From positions 224,001-288,000 of the forward strand of contig CP009479.1 in the NCBI GenBank assembly GCA_000965745.1: 64,000 nt of DNA, in the 5' to 3' direction. The position numbers and the translations under genes are program-made. The notes beneath the pieces were generated by a model. That model searched no databases and had not been told where the DNA came from. It worked only from the letters and a program-made list of their open reading frames with translations. Each line of letters opens with the position of its first letter. Within the stretch, counting starts at the first letter, position 1. The stretch comes from an uncultured archaeon. GTDB lineage: Archaea > Thermoplasmatota > Thermoplasmata > Thermoplasmatales > Thermoplasmataceae. Shown here one piece after another: positions 1 through 8,679 of the stretch.

Positions 1-122
1 GCCTACTTATGGAAAGAGTGCGGAAGTTAAAGCCTCAATGGCTAAAGGAAATCCATGCTCTTGTAAGGGAAGTTCCTGATTTCGAAGGCATCATTTCAAC
101 TTTGCAGGAATATTTCACCTGA
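1..122 (+). CDS. 3' end of an AbiEii-family nucleotidyltransferase paralog (truncated by window start)
   Basis: Frame 3 reads LLMERVRKLKPQWLKEIHALVREVPDFEGIISTLQEYFT*, which aligns with the restored C-terminus of the AbiEii at 1822-2573 (ALMKRVGTLRSQWVKEIPALVKEVPDFDATVSVLREYFV*). Confidence 0.8.
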   Translation, partial: LLMERVRKLKPQWLKEIHALVREVPDFEGIISTLQEYFT

Positions 123-271
123 TATAATTTTGTTTTTGGTGAGACTTGCATCGACAATCACCATTAAGATCGCGTCGAGATGGTTGAATAGAATTTACCT
201 TGAGAACACGTTAAATTGATCTACCTGAAAATGACATAGGAAAATGGCTTGCTAAAAGAGGAAAACAATGA

Positions 272-343
272 TGGGACCACTGGGGTTTGGACCCAGATCT
301 GCTTGTTACTCCAGGATTCATAATTCTACTTGACACATCGCCA
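272..343 (-). repeat. Degenerate direct-repeat copy of the tRNA-Trp 3' end (att-like scar)
   Basis: 272-300 matches 3755-3783 at 26/29 nt; weaker similarity continues into the intron (ttcataattcta vs ttcatagttcca). Confidence 0.8.
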
Positions 344-489
344 TAATGCGTACAGGTTGTCACCATCAGCAGTTCTTGCACATGACCGATACTATTCTAT
401 TCATCATGATATTTTTATATTTGTGTTCCTGCTTGATATATTATGCCCACCTCAGACTAATACAAGTCACTGGTGTCAAGATCAACTGA

Positions 490-745
490 AATTTTTGACA
501 CAGAAGAATTTCAGGTAGGGAAGGATTCTACACTATAGCTGCATTCAGTCTGCACCAGTCACTCGAACTGTTACTGAAGGCCAATCTGTTTTCACCTGTG
601 GCAAAGGAGCTAAGCAACTCATACCCCATGGAGTATGCGTTGCTGGAAGAGACTACCTAACCGCAAAGTGCTACTCACGTGACTTCTCAGGCGAGGAGGT
701 GTCCAGGCTTGTGGAAGCAGTCAGAGAGAGTGAAAAGAATTGGAG
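490..745 (+). pseudogene. HEPN-domain (COG2250-like) remnant
   Basis: Fragments EGFYTIAAFSLHQSLELLLKA, then after a frameshift DYLTAKCYSRDFSGEEVSRLVEAVRE; lies directly upstream of an MNT gene. Boundaries approximate. Confidence 0.6.
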
Positions 746-1054
746 AAACTTGCTGACCGTATAAAAAGGAGAAGAGATACATTCGAAAATCTTGAGGCCG
801 GACTGGGCCTCATAAAAAAGGCAGCAGTTGATCTCGACCCCCATGCAGAGGTTTATCTTTTTGGTTCAACAGCATCAACAGGGAGTAAAATTGCAGGAGA
901 CATTGACGTTCTCATAGTAACAGAGATGAAACCAGATGTGGTAATAACCCACTTCTGGAAAATGGGATTTTCTGACCCGTTTGAATTCCACGTCAGAACG
1001 GCGGATCAGGCAGCACCATATTTCAGGAGAGACAATCCCAGGAGAATACAATAA
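740..1054 (+). CDS. Minimal nucleotidyltransferase (MNT)
   Basis: VYLFGS...GDIDVLIV motif, 104 aa. Confidence 0.85.
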   Translation: MEKLADRIKRRRDTFENLEAGLGLIKKAAVDLDPHAEVYLFGSTASTGSKIAGDIDVLIVTEMKPDVVITHFWKMGFSDPFEFHVRTADQAAPYFRRDNPRRIQ

Positions 1055-1158
1055 AATGTGATTATTATTTTATTTAACACAACAATAGCTACCCATACAT
1101 TTGTACGTAATCATCCATATTATAGTATGGTTTATAACGTACAGATGTGTATTTCATT

Positions 1159-1832
1159 GTGAAGAGGGAAGACTTCGTGGATTACCTTATCTCAAACAGA
1201 ATACGGGTGTCCATGTTCATGAAGCCGCCAGGATCTTCGGAAAACCGGAAAAATATGTTTCCATGAGACTTTCACAGATGCCAAGGATCAAGCGGGCTAC
1301 GCGCGGAATATATTATCTACAGGACACGGACATTGGTGAGATAGCCACCAGCATTGCTTCACCGTCCTATATAAGTCTTCTATCCGCATTCGCATTGCTT
1401 GTGGCAACTACACAGATTCCCCTGGAAATACAGGTAATCAGTCCTGTGCAGCGTGATTCGCTTTATTTGGAGGGCTACAGAATCAAATTCATAAAACTAG
1501 GCAGGGATCGGATCTTCGGGTACGCCAGAATTAACTCGACCATGATTGCAACACTCGAGAAGGCAATAATCGACTAGCTCTATCTTAACATGTACACGGA
1601 TGAAGCCCTGGAGGTTGCGGTTGAGAACATATCCGGAATCGATGCTGACAAACTCATGGAATACGGCATAAGGATGAAATCCCGGGCTGCTTTGAACAGA
1701 CTAGGCTTCCTTATGGAAAAAGCCGGGATGAATGCAGAAAAGATCATGCCCCTGAAGTCCGAAAGATACGTTAAGTTTGGCCACGAGGGAGATAAAAGGG
1801 ACAGAAAGTGGAGAGTAATACATGCTTACTAG
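1159..1832 (+). pseudogene. AbiEi-family antitoxin/regulator, disrupted
   Basis: GTG start (VKREDFVDYLISNRIRV), frameshift near 1210 into HVHEAARIFG, PSYISLLSAF and ATLEKAIID motifs, in-frame TAG at 1575-1577, then the frame continues (LYLNMYTDEAL...RLGFLME) to 1832. Confidence 0.8.
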
Positions 1833-2573
1833 AGAAGAGCTGGCAGAGACGCCCGTTGATTTTAACCTGTACCAGAAGGAAAAGGACTACCTCCAGCATA
1901 TCGTTCTCTCCAGAATATACTCATGGGCTGGCACAGGATTCACTTTCAAAGGTGGTACATCCCTGCAGAAATGCTACGGACTGGACCGGTTTTCAGAAGA
2001 TCTTGACTTTACAGCAGCTGGGGAGTTCAAAAAGGAATCAATTGAAAAGTCCCTGGAGGAAGTCAGAAGATACTACCCGGCTACAATAGAGCAGAAGGAT
2101 AACCCATTTTCAGTCAGCTACAGACTCAAGATTGAGGGTCCTTTGTACCATGGACCCCTCTCACTTCAGACCATAAGGGTGGAGATAAGCATGAGGGAAA
2201 ACGTTTTGCTGGAGACAATAAACCGCACTGTTACACCACTCTACGGCGATCTGAGGCCCTACACAGTTCTGTTCATGAACCCTAGGGAGATACTGGCAGA
2301 AAAGATAATGGCGCTGATGACGCGCACCAAGACAAGGGATCTTTACGACGTAAATTTCCTGATCCGGAAGAAAGTGGAACTCGATGTTTCACTGGTAGAA
2401 AAAAAGCTTGACTATTATTCCATGAAATATGATGAAGAAGCGCTGATGAAGAAGCGCTGATGAAGAGAGTCGGAACTTTGAGATCACAATGGGTGAAGGA
2501 GATTCCCGCCCTTGTGAAAGAGGTACCGGATTTTGACGCCACTGTATCAGTGCTGCGGGAATATTTTGTATGA
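1822..2573 (+). pseudogene. AbiEii-family nucleotidyltransferase toxin, frameshifted near the C-terminus by a 14-bp duplication
   Basis: FKGGTSL, RFSEDLDF, EILAEKI and RDLYD motifs; removing one GATGAAGAAGCGCT unit restores the frame to TGA at 2571-2573. Confidence 0.85.
2431..2466 (+). repeat. Tandem 14-bp duplication GATGAAGAAGCGCT x2 plus a partial third unit
   Basis: Read directly at 2431-2444, 2445-2458 and 2459-2466. Confidence 0.95.
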
Positions 2574-2753
2574 TCTGCATTATGATGCCATCGATAACGC
2601 CATAAGATCAGAAAAGTAATAGTTTCGGAGTTGCATTGTAGTGATTTTGTATGAAAACTGCAAATAAGTCTTCCTTGTTAAAAATAAAAACAATGGTTGG
2701 AGAACTGTGATCTTAACCTTAATTCAAAGGATTGTTATGATTCTGGGAGAGAC

Positions 2754-3191
2754 TCATGAACCTTCCTTGAGGAAGTGCCTGATATGTTCATTGAAAACAC
2801 TGAAGTCATCAAGTCCTTCGTTTAAGAGGTTGTAAGCTACAATGTCGTCTATTTTTCCATATCTGTGTACTACAATATTTCGGAATTTTCTCATAGACAG
2901 GATCTTCAAGGAAAGGCTTGCGTGAAGTATTCCTTTATTCCTCAGGTTTTCAATTACGTCTTCTTCACTCGAAGGAATTCCAAGGGAAAGATCTGCATTA
3001 ATTATATGGCATATATCAAACACGTTTTCTATTGCGAATTCTGCCCGCTTGTATATCCCGTCCTTGATAATGCCAAGTCTGGAGAAATCATCAACATTGG
3101 CAGGGAGGTTCTCCTTTATGATCTCAACACTCTCCTCTATTTCTGTAATCTTTGTATAGATCAGGGTGTCCCTTATTCCGTCTGCCCTCAA
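2754..3191 (-). CDS. HepT-like HEPN RNase toxin (DUF86)
   Basis: RNIVVHRY = RX4HXY motif; overlaps the upstream MNT by 4 nt. Confidence 0.9.
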   Translation of the reverse strand: MRADGIRDTLIYTKITEIEESVEIIKENLPANVDDFSRLGIIKDGIYKRAEFAIENVFDICHIINADLSLGIPSSEEDVIENLRNKGILHASLSLKILSMRKFRNIVVHRYGKIDDIVAYNLLNEGLDDFSVFNEHIRHFLKEGS

Positions 3192-3583
3192 TGAATCGCC
3201 TCTTTCCCTATGTAATCGAAGAACCTTGGCCTGAATTCATCGTAGTCCTCGATTGTTTCGTATGCCACGAGGTAAACCTGCTGCATATCCCTTGAATAAA
3301 GTAGCTTGCCCTTGAAAACTTCTATCTTTATGTAAAGAGGCAGCTGCCTGAATAACTTGATATCGAACAGATCGCTGCTGATCACTGACATAGCCTGCAA
3401 AACAAAATCGAAGGCTTCCTTATCGGTGCCTTTGATCCTTATGCAGAGATCGATATCCGAACCTTTGTGTGCTTTGTCAATAGCTACGGACCCGTAAAGG
3501 AATATGAATTCTATATTTTCGCTTTCATCAAGGGCGAGGATTTTATCCACCGCATCCTTTATCGTTTCCTCTCTGGTCTGCAT
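3188..3583 (-). CDS. MntA-like nucleotidyltransferase antitoxin
   Basis: LYGS...SDIDL motif; paired with HEPN. Confidence 0.9.
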   Translation of the reverse strand: MQTREETIKDAVDKILALDESENIEFIFLYGSVAIDKAHKGSDIDLCIRIKGTDKEAFDFVLQAMSVISSDLFDIKLFRQLPLYIKIEVFKGKLLYSRDMQQVYLVAYETIEDYDEFRPRFFDYIGKEAIH

Positions 3584-3754
3584 CTTGTATCAACCTGGGT
3601 TGCAGTGTTTACCTGCTTTATTCTAATAATCGGATTCGATAAAAATATATTGCAGGAACAATGGTGCGAGTGTTGACAGGAAAGAATTGAACCTGGCACG
3701 ACATTTGTGCTCAATTGAAGATTTATGAAAAACTGGTACATGACCTACAATATG

Positions 3755-3896
3755 TGGGAGCACTGGGATTTGAACCCAGATCTACGGGTCTCTTCCCGGT
3801 TCATAGTTCCAGTCACTCATCATCAAGATCAGTTGACCCATAGCTAATCATACCCTGACTGGAGCCCGCTAGGATGCCTGACTACCCCATGCTCCC
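3755..3896 (-). tRNA. tRNA-Trp(CCA) with a ~69-nt intron at 37/38 (3790-3858)
   Basis: GGGAGCA acceptor, GCGGG-CTCCAG|A-CCCGT anticodon arm, CTGGG-TTCAAAT-CCCAG T arm; CCA not encoded. Confidence 0.95.
3790..3858 (-). ncRNA. Intron-encoded box C/D guide RNA for tRNA-Trp C34 and C39
   Basis: C (AUGAUUA), D' (CUGA), C' (AUGAUGA), D (AUGA). Guides AUGGGUC and UGACUGGA pair with the exon-intron junctions, and the N+5 rule lands on C39 and C34. Confidence 0.85.
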
Positions 3897-3897
3897 A

Positions 3898-4005
3898 TTA
3901 GGTCTTGTTTGCTCTACGCTGCCTTTTCAGTCTTCTTATTTTCTTCTTTCTCCACTTCCATCGCATTTTTCCGCGCTTTTTCCAGTCGCGTGAGCTTCTT
4001 TTCAA
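3898..4005 (-). CDS. rpl41e: Ribosomal protein eL41 (eS32), 35 aa
   Basis: TTG start with GAGGTG Shine-Dalgarno; [35 protein letters not shown] contains the [14 protein letters not shown] signature. Below the ORF-track size cutoff. Confidence 0.9.
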   Translation of the reverse strand: MKRSSRDWKKRGKMRWKWRKKKIRRLKRQRRANKT

Positions 4006-4254
4006 CGTTTCACCTCAGTTTTGTAATTCAATTAATATTCAGGGAGAGATATTATTATCTCGTGCTTTTTGTAATCCCTTCTTATTATTTAATCATACTT
4101 CGTATTTCAGCGTCAGGAACAACTTTTGCATTGCTAAGCTGTTAATGCCCATCTCGAAGGTATGCAGTTCTGGGAAATAATCAGCACACTCTTAAGGTTT
4201 GCTCAACCGGAAGTGGTTCAAGAAAATTTATCTACCAGGTGCCATTGTTGATTC

Positions 4255-4596
4255 GTGGAAGACGAGATCAGCCAGTATCTGAAGAACATCTTCAAGACCA
4301 TGCCGTCTGAGGAGCTTTATTTTGAGGCGCTCAGAGACATAATGAAAGATCTGGTTAAGGAGTATCTGAGAAAGAAGATAAATGAAAATCCTGAACTCAA
4401 GAAATCCATTGCCGAAGTTCTCCAGGAATACATGGAAGGAAAGCTCAAGGAATACGATTCAATGGCCAAGATGGCAAAGATCACCGCCAAAATTGGAGTC
4501 CTGACAACACCTCAATCAATCAGGGATGAAGCAATAGGAGATTTCATGAACGTCTTCCAGAAGGAAATTGAGGAAATAATCAGGAAAACCTTCTGA
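4255..4596 (+). CDS. Hypothetical alpha-helical protein
   Basis: Clean 113-aa ORF with native-looking composition, filling the gap to the convergent DP1 gene. Confidence 0.75.
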   Translation: MEDEISQYLKNIFKTMPSEELYFEALRDIMKDLVKEYLRKKINENPELKKSIAEVLQEYMEGKLKEYDSMAKMAKITAKIGVLTTPQSIRDEAIGDFMNVFQKEIEEIIRKTF

Positions 4597-6003
4597 TCAG
4601 TCCCTTGCGAATTTTTTCATTACTGATGTCTGGGAGTTCAGGTCAAACACAGTCATGATAGACGGGTTCGGGCTGAAGTTCATCATCTTCTGGTAATCTG
4701 TCTGGGACTGCCATGTTGATGAGTTCACGTATCTCACTCCCCTGTAGTTTCCGATGTAATGCGAGTGAATGTGCCCCGTGATGAAAATGTCAGGGACTTC
4801 CTCAATCACGTGGTAGTCGTTGGGTGATGGTATCAGAGGGGTCTTCCCGCCGTATTTGGGGGCAAGATGCCTTCTCCTGAGAATCTCTTCCACCGCCTTG
4901 CCGATTGATTCATAATTTGCACCGGGAACAAGCTCCACCATATCGTTCAGGGACATCCCATGATACAGCAGAACCCTCTTCTTCTCCAGGGTGAGTGTGT
5001 ATGGGTTTGGCAACAGTGTGACGTTCCTGTTGAAAGCATTCCTGATCTTCTCGGGGAATGCAGGCTGGGGTTCCGCCAGCCTTACACTGTCGTGATTTCC
5101 GGGCATGACAAAGACGTTGATATCTTCCGGAACTTCAGCAAGGTATTCGCCCAGCTTTTCGTACTGCTCCAGGGGATTGAGTATCTCAAGGTCCTCTTCC
5201 TGTCCCGGATACACGCCTATTCCATCCACAACGTCGCCACTGAGGATGAGGTGCTTGAGGTCAGCAGCCTCCCCTTCCGACCTTTTGAGCCAGTTGATCA
5301 TGCTCTTGAATTCAGCTTCCCTGAAGGTCTTGCTCCCGACATGAATGTCGGATATCGACCCGACATAAACGGGCGGCTTCTTCTGGTCATCAATAACCTT
5401 GTATGGTATATCCGGCCTCACAATCTCATTTGCGAATATGACAGGGTCGCCTGTACCATTGCTTACATTTCCCACAATGCCGATAACCTCGTCCTGCAGG
5501 ATCAGTTCATCGGCAAGGCCCTTGCTCTTCATCAGGATTGCCTGTATCGAGTCCTCGAGGTCTTCTATTACTACCCGCTTGTGGCCATTCCTTGTGGTGG
5601 ATATGTCGGAGACCATCCCGACGACTTTTATTTCGCCGCCCGCCTTTCTGGCGTTCCTGATGTCCTGGGTCCCGCGCATTGTTCCGGACGCGGATATGAT
5701 CTTTGATAACTTCCTGTACCTGGATACAAACATCTGGCGGAAGTCCTCTACTGAACTGTTGACCTTTATGTCGGGGAGATAGACTTCAAAATCCTGGGAT
5801 TCCTGCTTCATCTGCCCCCTTAGAATTGATTTTACAGTTTTCTCGTCAATGTAACCGGCATCACTTATATCGTCTGATACGAGCCTGTGAATCATTGGCC
5901 CCATGCTCCTGTCAAGTATGTAGTTGAGAGCATCGGGCGAAACCAGGAGCCCGTGCTGATGAAAGTATTCGAGTATTGAAACACGATCTTCAAAAAGAGA
6001 CAT
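4597..6003 (-). CDS. DNA polymerase II (PolD) small subunit DP1
   Basis: OB fold plus phosphoesterase motifs SDIHVGS, GDVVDG, PGNHD, YHG, GHIH; ATG at 6003 preferred. Confidence 0.95.
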   Translation of the reverse strand: MSLFEDRVSILEYFHQHGLLVSPDALNYILDRSMGPMIHRLVSDDISDAGYIDEKTVKSILRGQMKQESQDFEVYLPDIKVNSSVEDFRQMFVSRYRKLSKIISASGTMRGTQDIRNARKAGGEIKVVGMVSDISTTRNGHKRVVIEDLEDSIQAILMKSKGLADELILQDEVIGIVGNVSNGTGDPVIFANEIVRPDIPYKVIDDQKKPPVYVGSISDIHVGSKTFREAEFKSMINWLKRSEGEAADLKHLILSGDVVDGIGVYPGQEEDLEILNPLEQYEKLGEYLAEVPEDINVFVMPGNHDSVRLAEPQPAFPEKIRNAFNRNVTLLPNPYTLTLEKKRVLLYHGMSLNDMVELVPGANYESIGKAVEEILRRRHLAPKYGGKTPLIPSPNDYHVIEEVPDIFITGHIHSHYIGNYRGVRYVNSSTWQSQTDYQKMMNFSPNPSIMTVFDLNSQTSVMKKFARD

Positions 6004-6221
6004 ACCGATTGTTTGAAAGATGTGCAAAAAATAAAGAGTTGTCGGTTGGCGGCAAACTACAAGATGTTTATCACGGATTTATCCTCATCAGGCATGATGT
6101 TTAATTAAGAGGGCCGGTGTCCTTTAAATCATCTGAGCCAGAAAGAAATTATGTTGCCAAAGTCCTTATTTTTCTTGGTTTCACGACAACAAATCTTTAT
6201 GACCGGGTTGTATGACCGTGC

Positions 6222-7091
6222 GTGGTGGATTCAAGGGATGTTGCTGCCTTCCTCTCAATGGCCTCATTCTGGGCGTTGAACTACCCACTTGTGAAGTTTG
6301 CCCTCATCTACGAGCCGCCACTCTTCATACTGGTATTCAGGGTGCTTTTCGCGGCAATATTCTCGGTGATCTTCCTTTCAAGAAATTTCAGCATCCCTAA
6401 GGACCTTAAGACCCATCTTTCAATCGCCGTTGTCGGTCTCCTGAACGTTGTCATGTTCATGGGCTTCTGGTTCACAGGAGAGTTGACGGAACCCTCATCC
6501 ATAAGCTCCATAATAGTATACACATACCCCATTTTTGCAATGGCGTTCTCCACTGCATTCCTGGGGGAGAGGCCAAGCAGGTACAAGATCGCCGGAACAG
6601 TGGTCGGTTTTGCCGGCATAGTTTTTGTTTTTGCCGACCAGTTATATATAAAACCCGGGATAGGCCTCGTCTTCCTCATATCGGGAGCGATAAGCTGGGC
6701 CGTCGGGACCATCTACTTCAAGAGGCACCTTTCCTCAGCCAACGTGCTCTCGGTGAATGCCCTCCAGTTTGTGTATGCCTTGCCGATAATCCTGGTATGG
6801 GCATTCATGATGCAGCCCTTCCGCATCAGCGGCTTCACCCCCCAGTTCTTTGTGATCACACTCTTCATGGGATCGCTCGGGTCGGCTGTTGCCTATTACA
6901 TCTACTTCCATCTCTTCAGGAAATATGATGTGTCCTCAATATCGTCCTTTTTTTTCATTGTTCCTGCCCTCTCCATTGTATTCGCATACCTCATACTCGG
7001 AGAAACAAACACTATATTCACCTACATCGGCTTCGCACTTATTTCCCTGGGAATTTACCTCACGTCAAGAAGCTCCAGGCGGTCAGGATGA
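6222..7091 (+). CDS. EamA/DMT family transporter
   Basis: About ten hydrophobic segments in two repeats, each ending in LGE. Confidence 0.9.
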   Translation: MVDSRDVAAFLSMASFWALNYPLVKFALIYEPPLFILVFRVLFAAIFSVIFLSRNFSIPKDLKTHLSIAVVGLLNVVMFMGFWFTGELTEPSSISSIIVYTYPIFAMAFSTAFLGERPSRYKIAGTVVGFAGIVFVFADQLYIKPGIGLVFLISGAISWAVGTIYFKRHLSSANVLSVNALQFVYALPIILVWAFMMQPFRISGFTPQFFVITLFMGSLGSAVAYYIYFHLFRKYDVSSISSFFFIVPALSIVFAYLILGETNTIFTYIGFALISLGIYLTSRSSRRSG

Positions 7092-7133
7092 CCTTTTCAC
7101 AAAGTAATTTATAGACAGAGATACTTTTCAAAT

Positions 7134-7754
7134 TTGCCGATGGATCCCCTTTTGAACCTCTGTACTGATATAAAGAACTGCAAGAAATGTGATCTGCAGT
7201 ACTCTAGGAAAAACCCGGTCTGCGGTTTCGGGCGCCCTTCGCCTAAGATGATGCTGGTAGGTGAGGCTCCGGGATCAAAAGAGGATGATGCGGGAAAGCC
7301 CTTCGTGGGGAGAAGTGGCAAGGTTCTTACACTTGCCCTTGAAAAAGCAGGCGTGAAGAGCCATGAGGTGTACCTTACAAATTCCGTAAGGTGCAGGCCA
7401 AAGGTCGGGAGGACTCCCAAGGTATCCGAGATCAAGACCTGTTCAAGCTTTCTCCGGCTGGAGCTTGAGACGATAAGGCCAAGGCTGGTGGTGCCGATGG
7501 GGAATTCGGCAATACAGTCCATTTCCACCATCCTGAACCGGAAACTGGGGCGCATTTCTGAGGTCAACGACAAGGTTTTCCACTGCGGCAAATACTACAT
7601 AATTCCGCAGTACCACCCTTCAGCGATACTCAGAAACCCTAAGAAAATGGAGATGTTCAAGGACAGCTTTGCCAGAATAGCAGCGTTTCTTGAAGATCTT
7701 GAGACTAAAAAAATGGAGTATATTTTTAATAAATATCTTGTTCAGTCGATCTAG
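7134..7754 (+). CDS. Family 4 uracil-DNA glycosylase
   Basis: CKKC Fe-S ligands, GEAPG, PFVGRSG, HPSA. Confidence 0.93.
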   Translation: MPMDPLLNLCTDIKNCKKCDLQYSRKNPVCGFGRPSPKMMLVGEAPGSKEDDAGKPFVGRSGKVLTLALEKAGVKSHEVYLTNSVRCRPKVGRTPKVSEIKTCSSFLRLELETIRPRLVVPMGNSAIQSISTILNRKLGRISEVNDKVFHCGKYYIIPQYHPSAILRNPKKMEMFKDSFARIAAFLEDLETKKMEYIFNKYLVQSI

Positions 7755-8614
7755 TTGCGCTTTCTCCTCGCGGAAACCGCAACACCGAGTCCGACAGCAA
7801 TTATTACTACAACAACCGCGTAGTAGAGATATGGTGTAAGGCTGTTGCCTGGCGGATTCTCATAGGTCAGGGTGTTTGCACCGGCGGTTGCATATCCCGG
7901 CGTAACGATCGAGTACGACGGGTCAGACTTCACCGTTACGTTGAGGTATGTCCCCAGCACCGTAAGGTTGCCCGTGTAGTTCAGCGTGTATCCTGCATCC
8001 GTCGTGAACGTCGTGGTGTTTGACGCCTGGTTGTAGTCTCTCGTCCAGTTGCTCAGGGGCTTTGAGAAAGCCGTGAAGTTGAGTGAGTTGTAGTAGCCTA
8101 CGGTCTGGTTGTTAACCTGGAAATGGTTGTAGTTGACCTGGTTTATCACCACTGACTTATTGTCCGAGAACGCCCTCCAAGCTAGATCCAGTGTGCCGTT
8201 GTGATATATGTTCGTGACGTTCATGACGATCTTCATCGTGTGGTTCACCATGAGCTCCTGTGAACTGACCTTTGCAGAGGTTCTGTTTGCTTCAATGTTG
8301 AGGTAGTTTATCTTTGCGGATGTTGAATTGGCGTGTATTGCGTCCTGCATGTCCACGAATATCGGGTCACTTGAATTCAGTGTTATTGAAGTGTTCCTGT
8401 CCGTAAGATTGGCCAGAATGCTCGCAAAAGATATCAGGCCAGTATCGTTCGAGGTTATCGTTGCGGTAGTGTTCACGTATGCAGTCACATTGGCACTGTC
8501 CGTGCCCGGACTGACAACTGTCGTAATGTTTGAAGCGCTTGCCATCGGCACGGCTGCAGTGAGGGTCATCAGCGCGGCCATGAGGACAACAATGCCTCCT
8601 TTCTTTGACAACAT
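7751..8614 (-). CDS. Membrane-anchored secreted/surface glycoprotein
   Basis: Signal peptide, many N-x-S/T sequons, C-terminal TM helix followed by RRKRN. Confidence 0.75.
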   Translation of the reverse strand: MLSKKGGIVVLMAALMTLTAAVPMASASNITTVVSPGTDSANVTAYVNTTATITSNDTGLISFASILANLTDRNTSITLNSSDPIFVDMQDAIHANSTSAKINYLNIEANRTSAKVSSQELMVNHTMKIVMNVTNIYHNGTLDLAWRAFSDNKSVVINQVNYNHFQVNNQTVGYYNSLNFTAFSKPLSNWTRDYNQASNTTTFTTDAGYTLNYTGNLTVLGTYLNVTVKSDPSYSIVTPGYATAGANTLTYENPPGNSLTPYLYYAVVVVIIAVGLGVAVSARRKRN

Positions 8615-8679
8615 TGGGTCAAAATCAGGTTGAGGTATAAGAATGAAGTGGTACAATAGTTATAAAATGAGTATCAGGA

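Noticed and set aside
3905-4180. Plus-strand ORFs 3905-4180 and 3909-4145
   Set aside because: Phe-rich shadows of the Lys/Arg-rich eL41 gene and its promoter on the minus strand.
6091-6139. Possible C/D sRNA (GGC-ATGATGT...CTGA-GCC)
   Set aside because: Imperfect C box, no D'/C' boxes, and it lies in a divergent promoter region; not distinguishable from chance.
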